64,000 nt of DNA from a phage: sequence record PZ445134.1. One strand, written 5' to 3'. The notes beneath the pieces were generated by a model. The model was given only the letters and a program-made list of their open reading frames with translations, did no database searches and was not told the origin of the DNA. The position numbers and the translations under genes were made by a program. Below are positions 10,538 to 20,555 of the stretch, in pieces. The first letter of the stretch is position 1. The number at the start of each line of letters is the position of its first letter.

Positions 10538-11716
10538 TTAGAAATATTTTTTGTATGAATTGATTACATTTTGGTCTACATCATTATCAATTTGTGCGAC
10601 AAGATAAGAACTGATTTCAACTTCCTGAGGAGCTGCTTGAACTAAATCAGAGTTCAGATATTCACGAATCCAAGGATATGGATGCTTGGTCGGAGCATCA
10701 GTGATTGGGCAGGGTAAACCACACTGTTTCATACGAGACACAGTCAAGTAATCAACAAAAGCACACATACTCTGCGTATTGATACCTGGACATGTACCGT
10801 CTTTAAAGAGGTGTGCAGCCCATTCCTTCTCTTGTCTATTTACTTCCATAAAAATGTCAACTGCTTCTTGTTCACATTCTTTAGCAATTTGAACCCACTC
10901 ATCACCATCAGTACCAGATTGAAGTTGACGGATAATGTACTGAGTACCCTTGAGGTGGAGTTGTTCGTCACGAGCAATGAACTTCATAATCTTTGCATTA
11001 CCTTCCATAATTTCCATATTTTTATGGAAGTTGAAAGTACATGCAAATGATACGTAAAAACGAATAGCTTCTAAGGCGTTGATAACATGCAAACAGAGAT
11101 AAAGAGACTTCATTAAATCACGCTTAGCAGCGGCTTCTTGCTTAATAGCACGTTCTAATTGAAGGTCTGCATTAATTGACGCTTTGGCTAGTTCCGTGAA
11201 TTCTTTCTGGTTTTCCCAATGGCGAGTCTTGACTAGAACATCATCGTAATATTTACCTATTGATTCAGCTCGTTTCATGATTGCTTCGTCTAATACAATC
11301 TCATCAAATACCTTAGATGGATCGGTATAAAGATTTCGCATAATATGAGTATACGAACGAGAGTGAATAGTTTCACTGAATGTCCATGTTGCAACCCACG
11401 TATCTAATGAAGGGTCAGAAATCAGTGCCATAAGTACCGCAGATGGGGCCCTGCCTTGGATAGAATCTAATAATGATTGATATTTAAGATTGTTTGTAAA
11501 GATGTCCTGTTGGAACTGAGGAAGCTTATTGAACTGCGCAGAGTCCAACATCAAGTTTACCTCTTCAGGACGCCAGAAAAACGACAATTGCTTTTCAATA
11601 AGTTCTTCGAAAACTTTATGACGCTGAATATCATACCGTGCGAGGCCAAGACCAGAACCAAAGAACATCGGTTCATTCAAAACATCGACTTGTTGCGTGT
11701 TAAAAACTGTACTCAT
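10538..11716 (-). CDS. nrdB: ribonucleotide reductase small subunit
   Basis: 392 aa; diiron-tyrosyl R2 family features; uninterrupted (no intron). Confidence 0.92.
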   Translation of the reverse strand: MSTVFNTQQVDVLNEPMFFGSGLGLARYDIQRHKVFEELIEKQLSFFWRPEEVNLMLDSAQFNKLPQFQQDIFTNNLKYQSLLDSIQGRAPSAVLMALISDPSLDTWVATWTFSETIHSRSYTHIMRNLYTDPSKVFDEIVLDEAIMKRAESIGKYYDDVLVKTRHWENQKEFTELAKASINADLQLERAIKQEAAAKRDLMKSLYLCLHVINALEAIRFYVSFACTFNFHKNMEIMEGNAKIMKFIARDEQLHLKGTQYIIRQLQSGTDGDEWVQIAKECEQEAVDIFMEVNRQEKEWAAHLFKDGTCPGINTQSMCAFVDYLTVSRMKQCGLPCPITDAPTKHPYPWIREYLNSDLVQAAPQEVEISSYLVAQIDNDVDQNVINSYKKYF

Positions 11717-11770
11717 TATATTTTCTCACTTAGTTATAACTCATCCATGAGTAAATTATAATCAAAAGTC

Positions 11771-14026
11771 TTAAAGCTTACAAGCAGAACAATCTTCAGC
11801 TTTAGGTGTTTCTAATTCATAGTCATCTGTGCCTGACCCATCACGAGTGTTATGATAGTAGAGGTTTTTTCCGCCAAAGTACCAGAAGTAAAGCAGATCG
11901 TCAAGCATTACCGACATTGGCACTTTACCTTTCTCAAATACTGCAGGGTCATAGTAAGTATTAGCAGAAGCAGATTGGCACACCCATTTCAACATGATAG
12001 CAACTTGGGTCAAATAAGGTTTATTACCTTTCTTAGCAAGTTTCCACGCGTAGTCGTAAAGATTCATGTTATGTTCGATATTAGGAACAACCTGTCGGAA
12101 GTTGCCTTCTTTAGATTCTTTAATACTTACTGGACCGCGTGGGGGCTCAATCCCGTTTGTAGAGTTTGATACTTGACTGCTTGACTCACATGGCATGAGT
12201 GCAGACAACGTCGAGTTACGAATTCCATGTTCTTTGAGTTCAGCTCGAAGTTCTTCCCAGTCACAGACGTAGTTCGGGGCTGCGATTTGGTCAATCTTTT
12301 TATTGTACCAGTCGATAGGTAATTCGCCTCTAGACCATTTAGTGTCTGAATAATACTCGCAAGGTCCTTTTTCTTTGGCGAGTTTGATTGAAGCTTTAAT
12401 AAGGCCATATTGCAATCTCTCAAACAATTCATGAGTCAAATCGTTAGCGTCTTCATATGAAGCAAAGTTAGAAGCTAACCATGCAGCATAGTTCGTCACA
12501 CCGACACCGAGATTTCGACGCTTTTTAGCTTTTAAAGCTTCTGGAACCGGATAATCTTGATAGTCTAACAGGTTATCAAGTGCACGTACTTGTACTTCAG
12601 CAAGTTCATTAATTTTATCTTGGTCTTGCCAATCAAATTTATCTAATACAAAAGCAGATAACGTGCATAAACCAATTTCAGCATCAGGACCATTCACATC
12701 ATTAGTTGGAATAGCGATTTCACAACATAAGTTACTCTGACGAATTGGAGCTTTTTCACGAATAAATGGAGTGTAGTTATTCGTGTTATCAACAAACTGT
12801 GGATAAATTCGAGCAGTACCAGAACGTTCAGTCATGAACAATTCAAAGAGTTCTAGTGCTTTGATTCTTTTCTTTCTGATTGTCGGGTCTTTTTCAGCTT
12901 TCTCATAAAGCTCACGGAATTTATCTTGATCTTCAAAGAACGAGTAGTATAGTTCGCCTGACATTTCGTGAGGGCTAAATAAAGTAATATAATCATTTTT
13001 ACCAAGGCGTTCCATCATGAGGTCATTAATCTGAATTCCGTAGTCCATATGTCGAATACGGTTTTCATCCACGCCTTTGTTATTTTTCAGAACTAATAGG
13101 TTCTCTACTTCTAAGTGCCACATCGGATAATACGCTGTAGCAGCACCACCACGAATACCACCTTGAGAACAAGATTTTACTGCAGTTTGGAAATGTTTCC
13201 AGAACGGAATAACACCCGTATGTCGAACTTCGCCCATACCGATCTTAGAACCTTCTGCACGAAGCATACCAACGTTGATACCGATACCAGCTCGTTTAGA
13301 AATATATTCAATAATTGATGCTGAAGTTTTGTTAATAGATTTTAACGAATCACCGGCTTCAATAACTACACAACTAGAGAACTGGCGAGTCGGAGTACGA
13401 GCACCTGCCATAATTGGGGTTGGCAATGAAACTTGATGAGTAGAAACGGCATCATAAAAACGAATAATATGTTTCAAACGGTCATGAGTTTCGTCTTGAT
13501 GTAAGGCCATACCAATAGCCATGATAGCAAACTGTGGAGTTTCATAAATCTTCCCAGTTGTTTTATCTTTAACTAGATATTTTTCTTTAAGCTGCATAGC
13601 ACCAGCATAAGTCAGGTCAAAGTCTCGTTCATGTTTAATCTGTGAATCGAGATAAATGATTTCTTCTGCTGAATATTGAGACAACAACTCAGGGTCGTAT
13701 TTACCTTCATTAACACAGTAAGAAATATGGTCGATAAAAGCAGGCGGTTCAAACTGCCCGTATACATCTTTACGAAGTGCAAACATTAATCCTTTAGCGG
13801 CGACATACTGATAATCAGGTTCTTCGACAGAAATCAAGTTAGCTGCAACTTTAATACAAATCTTCTGAATATCTTTGGTGCTCATCCCGTCGACAAGATG
13901 GGTTTTAATTTCTTCGTACAATTCATATGGGTCAATTTGTGTTCCTTCACATTGCCAAGTTAAAACTTGAATAATTTTCTGTGCATCAAAATTTTGGGAT
14001 ACCCCACTGCTCTTAATTACTTGCAT
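11771..14026 (-). CDS. nrdA: ribonucleotide reductase large subunit
   Basis: 751 aa class Ia R1; C-terminal CxxC redox pair (CSACKL); GAGGAAT SD. Confidence 0.93.
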   Translation of the reverse strand: MQVIKSSGVSQNFDAQKIIQVLTWQCEGTQIDPYELYEEIKTHLVDGMSTKDIQKICIKVAANLISVEEPDYQYVAAKGLMFALRKDVYGQFEPPAFIDHISYCVNEGKYDPELLSQYSAEEIIYLDSQIKHERDFDLTYAGAMQLKEKYLVKDKTTGKIYETPQFAIMAIGMALHQDETHDRLKHIIRFYDAVSTHQVSLPTPIMAGARTPTRQFSSCVVIEAGDSLKSINKTSASIIEYISKRAGIGINVGMLRAEGSKIGMGEVRHTGVIPFWKHFQTAVKSCSQGGIRGGAATAYYPMWHLEVENLLVLKNNKGVDENRIRHMDYGIQINDLMMERLGKNDYITLFSPHEMSGELYYSFFEDQDKFRELYEKAEKDPTIRKKRIKALELFELFMTERSGTARIYPQFVDNTNNYTPFIREKAPIRQSNLCCEIAIPTNDVNGPDAEIGLCTLSAFVLDKFDWQDQDKINELAEVQVRALDNLLDYQDYPVPEALKAKKRRNLGVGVTNYAAWLASNFASYEDANDLTHELFERLQYGLIKASIKLAKEKGPCEYYSDTKWSRGELPIDWYNKKIDQIAAPNYVCDWEELRAELKEHGIRNSTLSALMPCESSSQVSNSTNGIEPPRGPVSIKESKEGNFRQVVPNIEHNMNLYDYAWKLAKKGNKPYLTQVAIMLKWVCQSASANTYYDPAVFEKGKVPMSVMLDDLLYFWYFGGKNLYYHNTRDGSGTDDYELETPKAEDCSACKL

Positions 14027-14113
14027 ATATTCCTCAGTATAGGTTGATAGACATTACTCCAAACGGGATAGTATTTATCCCGTTAATTTATTATACACTT
14101 TTAAACTGAAGCG

Positions 14114-14368
14114 TTAATTATCATCAGCAATAATTTCTTTGTATTCTTTAGGTGTCAAGACTGTGATATCGAAATAAACCAATGGTTCTTTTTCTATACC
14201 GTAACCACCACAAAATTCACGATATTCATAAATTCGTTCGTGTGAATAGCAAATAAATCGTTCACCTTTAACTGTGATTTCACTATTCGGTGAAGGGATA
14301 TCCAGTTCACTTGGATTTTTCATTTCAAAAATTGTGGTGCCATATGAATTAATAAAACGTAAAATCAT
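14114..14368 (-). CDS. hypothetical protein, 84 aa
   Basis: Track ORF between td and nrdA; stem-loop at about 14063-14088 follows it. Confidence 0.5.
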   Translation of the reverse strand: MILRFINSYGTTIFEMKNPSELDIPSPNSEITVKGERFICYSHERIYEYREFCGGYGIEKEPLVYFDITVLTPKEYKEIIADDN

Positions 14369-15229
14369 TTATACCGCCATTTTAGCTTTGATAGTTGGAT
14401 GAGATTCGTAATTTTTAAGAACGAAATCAGAATGTGTCATCGTTCCAGTAACCCAGTCCATTTGGATTTTTGTAGGCCAATTCTCAAAATTACTAGGCCA
14501 ATTAATTTCAAGAGAACATAGCTCTTTAGGTTCACGACGAAGAACTTCTTTGCATTGTTCTACATGATTGCTGTAGATATGCGTGTTGCCGCCTGAGAAC
14601 ACTAAATCACCCGGGATAAGGTTACACATCTTCGCTACAATATGAGTCAAGGCAGCGTACGAGGCAATGTTGAACGGCAGGCCCAAGAAAACATCTACAC
14701 TGCGTTGATACCATTGTAAATCAAGATGACCATTACGCACATTAAATTGATAGAACATATGACAAGGAGGAAGAGCCATTTGGTCAATTTCGGCCGGGTT
14801 CCATGCAGAAACTATTTGACGACGATCATTAGGAAGAGCTTTAATACGGTCGATAGTTTTGACCAATTGGTCTACACCGCCGAAATCACGCCATTGCTTA
14901 CCATAAATAGGACCAAGTTCGCCGCTATGATATCCAAGGTCTTTTGCCTGATTTTCATAGTTGTCGTCCCAAATAGTTTTACCTTGAATAAGACTACCAT
15001 GAGTACGAATACGCAAATCATTAACATTGGTAGAACCAGACATGAACCACAGCAACTCAGCAATACAAGCTTTCCATGCTAATTTCTTAGTTGTTACTGC
15101 AGGAAATCCTTTAGTAAGGTCCCATCTCAATTTAGTTCCGAATAGAGCAATAGTGCCGGTACCTGTACGGTCGTCTGTTTCATAGCCATTTTCTAAGATA
15201 TCTTTAATCAAATCTTGATATTGTTTCAT
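14369..15229 (-). CDS. td: thymidylate synthase
   Basis: 286 aa, same as T4 Td; ends HPTIKAKMAV; continuous ORF, no group I intron. Confidence 0.92.
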   Translation of the reverse strand: MKQYQDLIKDILENGYETDDRTGTGTIALFGTKLRWDLTKGFPAVTTKKLAWKACIAELLWFMSGSTNVNDLRIRTHGSLIQGKTIWDDNYENQAKDLGYHSGELGPIYGKQWRDFGGVDQLVKTIDRIKALPNDRRQIVSAWNPAEIDQMALPPCHMFYQFNVRNGHLDLQWYQRSVDVFLGLPFNIASYAALTHIVAKMCNLIPGDLVFSGGNTHIYSNHVEQCKEVLRREPKELCSLEINWPSNFENWPTKIQMDWVTGTMTHSDFVLKNYESHPTIKAKMAV

Positions 15230-15244
15230 TTAACACCTATATAA

Positions 15245-16442
<1,198 letters not shown>

Positions 16443-16460
16443 TTTTATTTGATAGGGCTA

Positions 16461-16489
16461 CTATAACATAGCCCTATCTTGTTATAAAC
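16461..16489 (-). promoter_or_regulatory. T4-type early promoter
   Basis: minus strand GTTTAT, 17 nt, TTATAG, embedded in a 10-bp-arm inverted repeat (GATAGGGCTA/TAGCCCTATC). Confidence 0.45.
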
Positions 16490-16881
16490 TACTTTTTAAA
16501 AGTTTTTTGCAAAAGTTTGATGATTTCGTCGACGTTGGTTTCATCTACGATACAATGGATTTTTGTTACACCTAAAGCTATACCTTTGTTAGTAGATTGA
16601 GGCTTTACTAAATCTACCTCAGTAAAGTATTTGAACTCGTCAGGATAAATCTCAAAATAAGTTTCAATTTCACCACCGGCAGAACATACAGTACCGTCTT
16701 CCATAGTTACACTTACTACGTTTGACGTATCGCTATCATAATCAGGTTCCATTCCGTTTACAACAAAACTAGGCCCGTGGAGTTCAATCAATTTTAACAT
16801 CTTAGCGTTATTGTGTGGTGCTTCTTGAACAAAGTCGTCTTTAAACAAAGGGTTAATGATATAAGATTTTCCAATTTCCAT
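16489..16881 (-). CDS. hypothetical protein, 130 aa
   Basis: Track ORF trimmed to internal ATG 16881 (MEIGKSY...), which has a GAGGAAA SD and removes an 89-nt overlap with the upstream gene. Confidence 0.55.
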   Translation of the reverse strand: MEIGKSYIINPLFKDDFVQEAPHNNAKMLKLIELHGPSFVVNGMEPDYDSDTSNVVSVTMEDGTVCSAGGEIETYFEIYPDEFKYFTEVDLVKPQSTNKGIALGVTKIHCIVDETNVDEIIKLLQKTFKK

Positions 16882-16891
16882 TTTGATTTCC

Positions 16892-17143
16892 TCATTTGTT
16901 GATGTGTTGTAATAAAGATTCTGCAAACATCTCATATGATTCCAGGTGTTCTTCTTTAATGCGAACTGCATGATTATCACCCGAAGAATAGAACATCTGT
17001 ACGATAAGAGCTTCGTAATCAGACGAAATACATGCTACGTTTTCCGGCTTCAGGCATTCATTGTATGTAGCAACCGGGTCAGTGAAAGCTGCAACGTTTT
17101 TGCTACCGCAGTAATCCATACTTCTTTGAATAATAAAAATCAT
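16892..17143 (-). CDS. hypothetical protein, 83 aa
   Basis: Track ORF; GAGGAAA SD; promoter 17174-17202. Confidence 0.5.
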   Translation of the reverse strand: MIFIIQRSMDYCGSKNVAAFTDPVATYNECLKPENVACISSDYEALIVQMFYSSGDNHAVRIKEEHLESYEMFAESLLQHINK

Positions 17144-17173
17144 TTTATTTTCCTCTCATTTGTTGATAAGTCT

Positions 17174-17202
17174 ATAGTATCATGTTTAAATGAAAAGTAA
17201 AC
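17174..17202 (-). promoter_or_regulatory. T4-type early promoter
   Basis: minus strand GTTTAC, 17 nt, TACTAT. Confidence 0.55.
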
Positions 17203-17233
17203 AACTTTTTCAGCAATTTACAGATACTCAAAA

Positions 17234-17251
17234 GGGAGACCGAAGTCTCCC
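17234..17251 (-). terminator. tetraloop hairpin terminator after gene 32
   Basis: GGGAGACCGAAGTCTCCC, same sequence as 1789-1806, followed by UUUU. Confidence 0.6.
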
Positions 17252-17257
17252 AATTTA

Positions 17258-18157
17258 TTATAGACCAGCTAACAGGTCATCGAGGTCGCCATCGTCAGAA
17301 GACGAGGAACTCATGAAGTCATCTTCAGTTTTTGCAGAACTAAAGGCTTCCATGTCTTTATCAAAATCGTCAAGGTCAGAAGCAACTTTATCAGCAACAG
17401 AAGCTGCTGCGGCTGCTGCACCACCAAGAGCGGCAGTACCAAGAACTTGTTTAAATTTAGTATTCAATTCTTCAAACGATTTGAACTTATCTTTAGAAGT
17501 CATTTCAGAAAGGTCAACCATTTGTTCGAACAATTCTTTCTGGAAAGATTCATCATCAATGTTTGGAATCGCAGATTGATTCAGGAATTTAGATTCGTCG
17601 TAATTACTGAAACCAGAAACCTGTTTAACTTTCAGCACAAAGTTAGCACCTTCCCATGGGCAAGTTACATCAACAGGAGTTTCACCCATTTCGGTATCGA
17701 CTGCAATCATTGCATTGATTTTGTCCCAAATCTTTTTACCAAAACGGTATTTGAATACTTTACCTTCATTATCTGGAGCTTGTGGGTCTTTAACAACCAG
17801 GATATTAGCCCAATAAGAAGTTTTACGTTTCAGTTGAGAATATTCTGTTTTGTTTGTATTGTACAGATCATTTTTACTAATGTACTGACATACCGGACAA
17901 GAGTCATAATCGCCGTGTGTAGATGAACAGGTTTCAATATACCATTTGCCGTTTTTCTTGAACCCGTGGTTAACAAGAATTGCAAACGGAAGTGCGTCAT
18001 CTGTTTTTGCCGGCAGGAAACGAATTACCGCTTGACCATTACCGGATGCATCGAGTTTCAGCTTCCATTCACCTTTATCTTCTGAAGAGAAACCTTTGTT
18101 ACCATTCAGTTTAGCCATCTGAGCTGCGAGGTCTGCGGTACTTTTACGTTTAAACAT
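17258..18157 (-). CDS. 32: single-stranded DNA-binding protein gp32
   Basis: 299 aa; matches recalled T4 gp32 N-terminus ([35 protein letters not shown]...) and acidic C-terminal tail. Confidence 0.93.
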   Translation of the reverse strand: MFKRKSTADLAAQMAKLNGNKGFSSEDKGEWKLKLDASGNGQAVIRFLPAKTDDALPFAILVNHGFKKNGKWYIETCSSTHGDYDSCPVCQYISKNDLYNTNKTEYSQLKRKTSYWANILVVKDPQAPDNEGKVFKYRFGKKIWDKINAMIAVDTEMGETPVDVTCPWEGANFVLKVKQVSGFSNYDESKFLNQSAIPNIDDESFQKELFEQMVDLSEMTSKDKFKSFEELNTKFKQVLGTAALGGAAAAAASVADKVASDLDDFDKDMEAFSSAKTEDDFMSSSSSDDGDLDDLLAGL

Positions 18158-18235
18158 TTTATTTGCCTTTATTTAGATTATTAATTAAATTTTACAGTTG
18201 GTTGCTACGACACTTATACCTCGTAGCTGGTATGT
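18158..18235 (-). promoter_or_regulatory. gene 32 leader: AU-rich tract plus upstream hairpin (candidate autoregulatory translational operator)
   Basis: mRNA-sense run UUAAAUUAAUUAAUAAUCUAAAUAAAGG immediately 5' of the gp32 start; stem GCTACG/CGTAGC at about 18203-18228. Confidence 0.4.
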
Positions 18236-18237
18236 TT

Positions 18238-18245
18238 TATTTATA
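18238..18245 (-). promoter_or_regulatory. late promoter TATAAATA (gene 32)
   Basis: exact TATAAATA on minus strand about 80 nt upstream of the gp32 ATG. Confidence 0.4.
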
Positions 18246-18274
18246 CGGTAATTCTACCACACAAGAAATAAAGC

Positions 18275-18928
18275 TTAATACTTACATGATTTGATTGTTT
18301 CTATGAACAATTTCTTAGCAGCATTTCCATCGATTTGAAGTATTTTTCGATACGCCTTTAATTTGGTAGAATAATTTTGCCAGACTAAGTTATCGGTGAG
18401 TTCGTCGTGCTTATCTATAATATTCAAAAATGAGTCCAACAATAAGAAAGTCTCAAATGAAATTATATTGCTTTGTAGCAATTTGAATATGTAGCTCGAC
18501 TGAACGTTGTTATTATAATCAAATATCTCTTGAAGCGCACTAACTTCAACTTTCTTACTGAAATAGTAGATGTTACGTACGTCTTCAGCAAACGTCTCCT
18601 TGGCTTGTTTGAGACGTCCAATATATTCCCTATAGAAAACTAATGCATCAGCGTCTGATATCTCACCAATCCATGCGTCTTGGTTAGCAACTAAGTTGCT
18701 TATGAATATCAAGGTGAGTTCCTTCAATTTATATTTCTCTGCTAGTTTTTCAAAGAAATATTTATCTCGGCGTTTTTGATACGCATTATCCGAAACACGC
18801 ATGCACCAGTTATATTTGATTACGTCATACCGACCACCAAAGTGGTTTTTGCACATCAAATATAGTTTGTATACCGATTTTCCGTTAATATAACGTTCTC
18901 CGTCAGGAGGCATGCGTATTTTAATCAT
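18275..18928 (-). CDS. 59: helicase loader gp59
   Basis: 217 aa, same as T4 gp59; near-identical blocks (KYFF.KL.EKYKLKEL.LIFISNLVANQDAWIG). Confidence 0.92.
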   Translation of the reverse strand: MIKIRMPPDGERYINGKSVYKLYLMCKNHFGGRYDVIKYNWCMRVSDNAYQKRRDKYFFEKLAEKYKLKELTLIFISNLVANQDAWIGEISDADALVFYREYIGRLKQAKETFAEDVRNIYYFSKKVEVSALQEIFDYNNNVQSSYIFKLLQSNIISFETFLLLDSFLNIIDKHDELTDNLVWQNYSTKLKAYRKILQIDGNAAKKLFIETIKSCKY

Positions 18929-19263
18929 AATAAGAAATCTAACGTATTAGTTTTTTCACCACGAGCAACTGATGGGCGAAGCATGTTTTCGTCAATTGCT
19001 TCGCTTGTAATTTTTTCAACAATTCCTGTAGGAATAAATTTAGCAAATTGTGTTTCTGGAATAGAATTTTCTTCCAAGAAAGCAGTTGTTGCTTCTAAAT
19101 AAGACATACCAAATTGTTCAACCATGGATTCGATAATGAATCCGTTTTCTTGTCGGTCAAGCAATTTAGCGATATCATCTTTATCGTGTTTTACTGCTAA
19201 TTCTTGTTCAGATAAACCGGCCTCATCAACCGGCTTAATATCACTTAGTGAAAACTGTGTCAT
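18925..19263 (-). CDS. 33: late transcription co-activator gp33
   Basis: 112 aa; matches recalled T4 gp33 (MTQFSL.DI.PVDE.GLSE.EL...TNTLDFLL). Confidence 0.9.
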   Translation of the reverse strand: MTQFSLSDIKPVDEAGLSEQELAVKHDKDDIAKLLDRQENGFIIESMVEQFGMSYLEATTAFLEENSIPETQFAKFIPTGIVEKITSEAIDENMLRPSVARGEKTNTLDFLL

Positions 19264-19510
19264 AAAGCTCGACTACCTCTTCGTTTTCAGCTTCAAATTG
19301 GTCACGAGCGTCTTTATGATAAAGAGCTAACAAACGATTAAACATTTTTCCATCGACGCCAAGCTCTTCTTTAGCACGAGTACGAATGTCTTTAATCAGT
19401 TCATTATAACCAGAAATTTTAAGTTTGTTATCGGAAGCTTCCTTGACTAGTTTAGCCAGTTCTTCACCATGCACATCTTGATTAAATTCAACTGCTTCTT
19501 TCTTAGCCAT
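19241..19510 (-). CDS. dsbA: double-stranded DNA-binding protein DsbA
   Basis: 89 aa from ATG 19510 (MAKKEAVEF...), GAGGT SD; matches recalled T4 DsbA; track ORF starts 18 nt further upstream. Confidence 0.88.
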   Translation of the reverse strand: MAKKEAVEFNQDVHGEELAKLVKEASDNKLKISGYNELIKDIRTRAKEELGVDGKMFNRLLALYHKDARDQFEAENEEVVELYDTVFTK

Positions 19511-19517
19511 GTTTACC

Positions 19518-20435
19518 TCAGAATTCATTAATTACACTTGTTAATTTAGAAAGACCAGATTTTACAAAGTATGAATAAATCTTGCCTTTAGGTTGTTGTT
19601 TATATGAGTTATAATACTCTATAATGGTTGAAGCAATATTATCAGGGATATAATCAAAATCAATGAGAACCAAATTTTCTTGGTACCGTTTATATTCTTC
19701 TGCACTTAATAATACTTCAGCTTGAGAACGGTCGTTGGCAATTGCTTCAATGATCGTTGTTTTCATGCTCGGAGTTCGTTCGCCTTCAACTCGAGTAAAC
19801 CAGAAATCACCACGAACTCGAACAGACGCAACACCATCTTTACGGTCACCTTTAAGAATTTTAGTCATGCAATCAATTTCGGCAGAACCGTTCTTAATTT
19901 TAACCCATTTTTTCTGTGGTGGCGACCACTGTTTAACGTTAGGATATTTGTGTAATTGTGTAAAGTCACCATCTGATGCAACAATACATACCTTATGTCC
20001 AGCTAATGACAAATATTTAGTTAATACACCGATATGGTCATCCGCTTCATACTTGTCAATATCCATTACAACGTATGGCATGTATTTCTTAATCTCATCA
20101 ACAACTTGACGGAGCGCAGTAAAATATCCTTCCCAATCCCACTTTGAAGCTTCACGATCGGTTTTACGATTTTTCTTGTAATAGTAAGCAAAGTCACGAC
20201 GCCAATAACCTGAAGTAGCATTATCCATACACAATACAAATTTTGTATAGCCTTGCTTACGGAACATCACTACGTTTTTACGAATTGAATTCAAGATTAC
20301 ATGGCGAACCATTGGAACGGTAATTTTATCACCATCTTCAAAGTTGTTTAATGCAGCTGCCAATGCAATGTTACTAAAGTCTGCAAGCGCAATACCTTCT
20401 TTGTAATCTTCATCCAACATCATTTCTAAATCCAT
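19518..20435 (-). CDS. rnh: RNase H (5'-3' exonuclease)
   Basis: 305 aa; matches recalled T4 Rnh throughout (MDLEMMLDEDYKEGI...SYFVK.GLSKLT..INEF). Confidence 0.92.
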   Translation of the reverse strand: MDLEMMLDEDYKEGIALADFSNIALAAALNNFEDGDKITVPMVRHVILNSIRKNVVMFRKQGYTKFVLCMDNATSGYWRRDFAYYYKKNRKTDREASKWDWEGYFTALRQVVDEIKKYMPYVVMDIDKYEADDHIGVLTKYLSLAGHKVCIVASDGDFTQLHKYPNVKQWSPPQKKWVKIKNGSAEIDCMTKILKGDRKDGVASVRVRGDFWFTRVEGERTPSMKTTIIEAIANDRSQAEVLLSAEEYKRYQENLVLIDFDYIPDNIASTIIEYYNSYKQQPKGKIYSYFVKSGLSKLTSVINEF

Positions 20436-20513
20436 ATGAACCTCTTGTTCAGTTAGTCAACTTAGACCATAGTAACATACTAGTTCGAAAGCGTAAATAG
20501 TCTTTTACTCATT

Positions 20514-20521
20514 TATAAATA
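20514..20521 (+). promoter_or_regulatory. late promoter TATAAATA (gene 34)
   Basis: exact TATAAATA 35 nt upstream of the gp34 ATG. Confidence 0.65.
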
Positions 20522-20555
20522 GTAAAATAGAACACATAATGATAAGAGGACTACC

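Noticed and set aside
14063-14088. Stem-loop AACGGGATAGTATTTATCCCGTT upstream of nrdA as a terminator
   Set aside because: No clear U-tract on the minus transcript and it sits in the nrdA leader; it may be a regulatory RNA structure, but evidence is too thin to annotate.
10538-15229. Group I introns or homing endonuclease ORFs in nrdB and td
   Set aside because: Both genes translate as continuous full-length ORFs; no GIY-YIG/HNH ORF is embedded.
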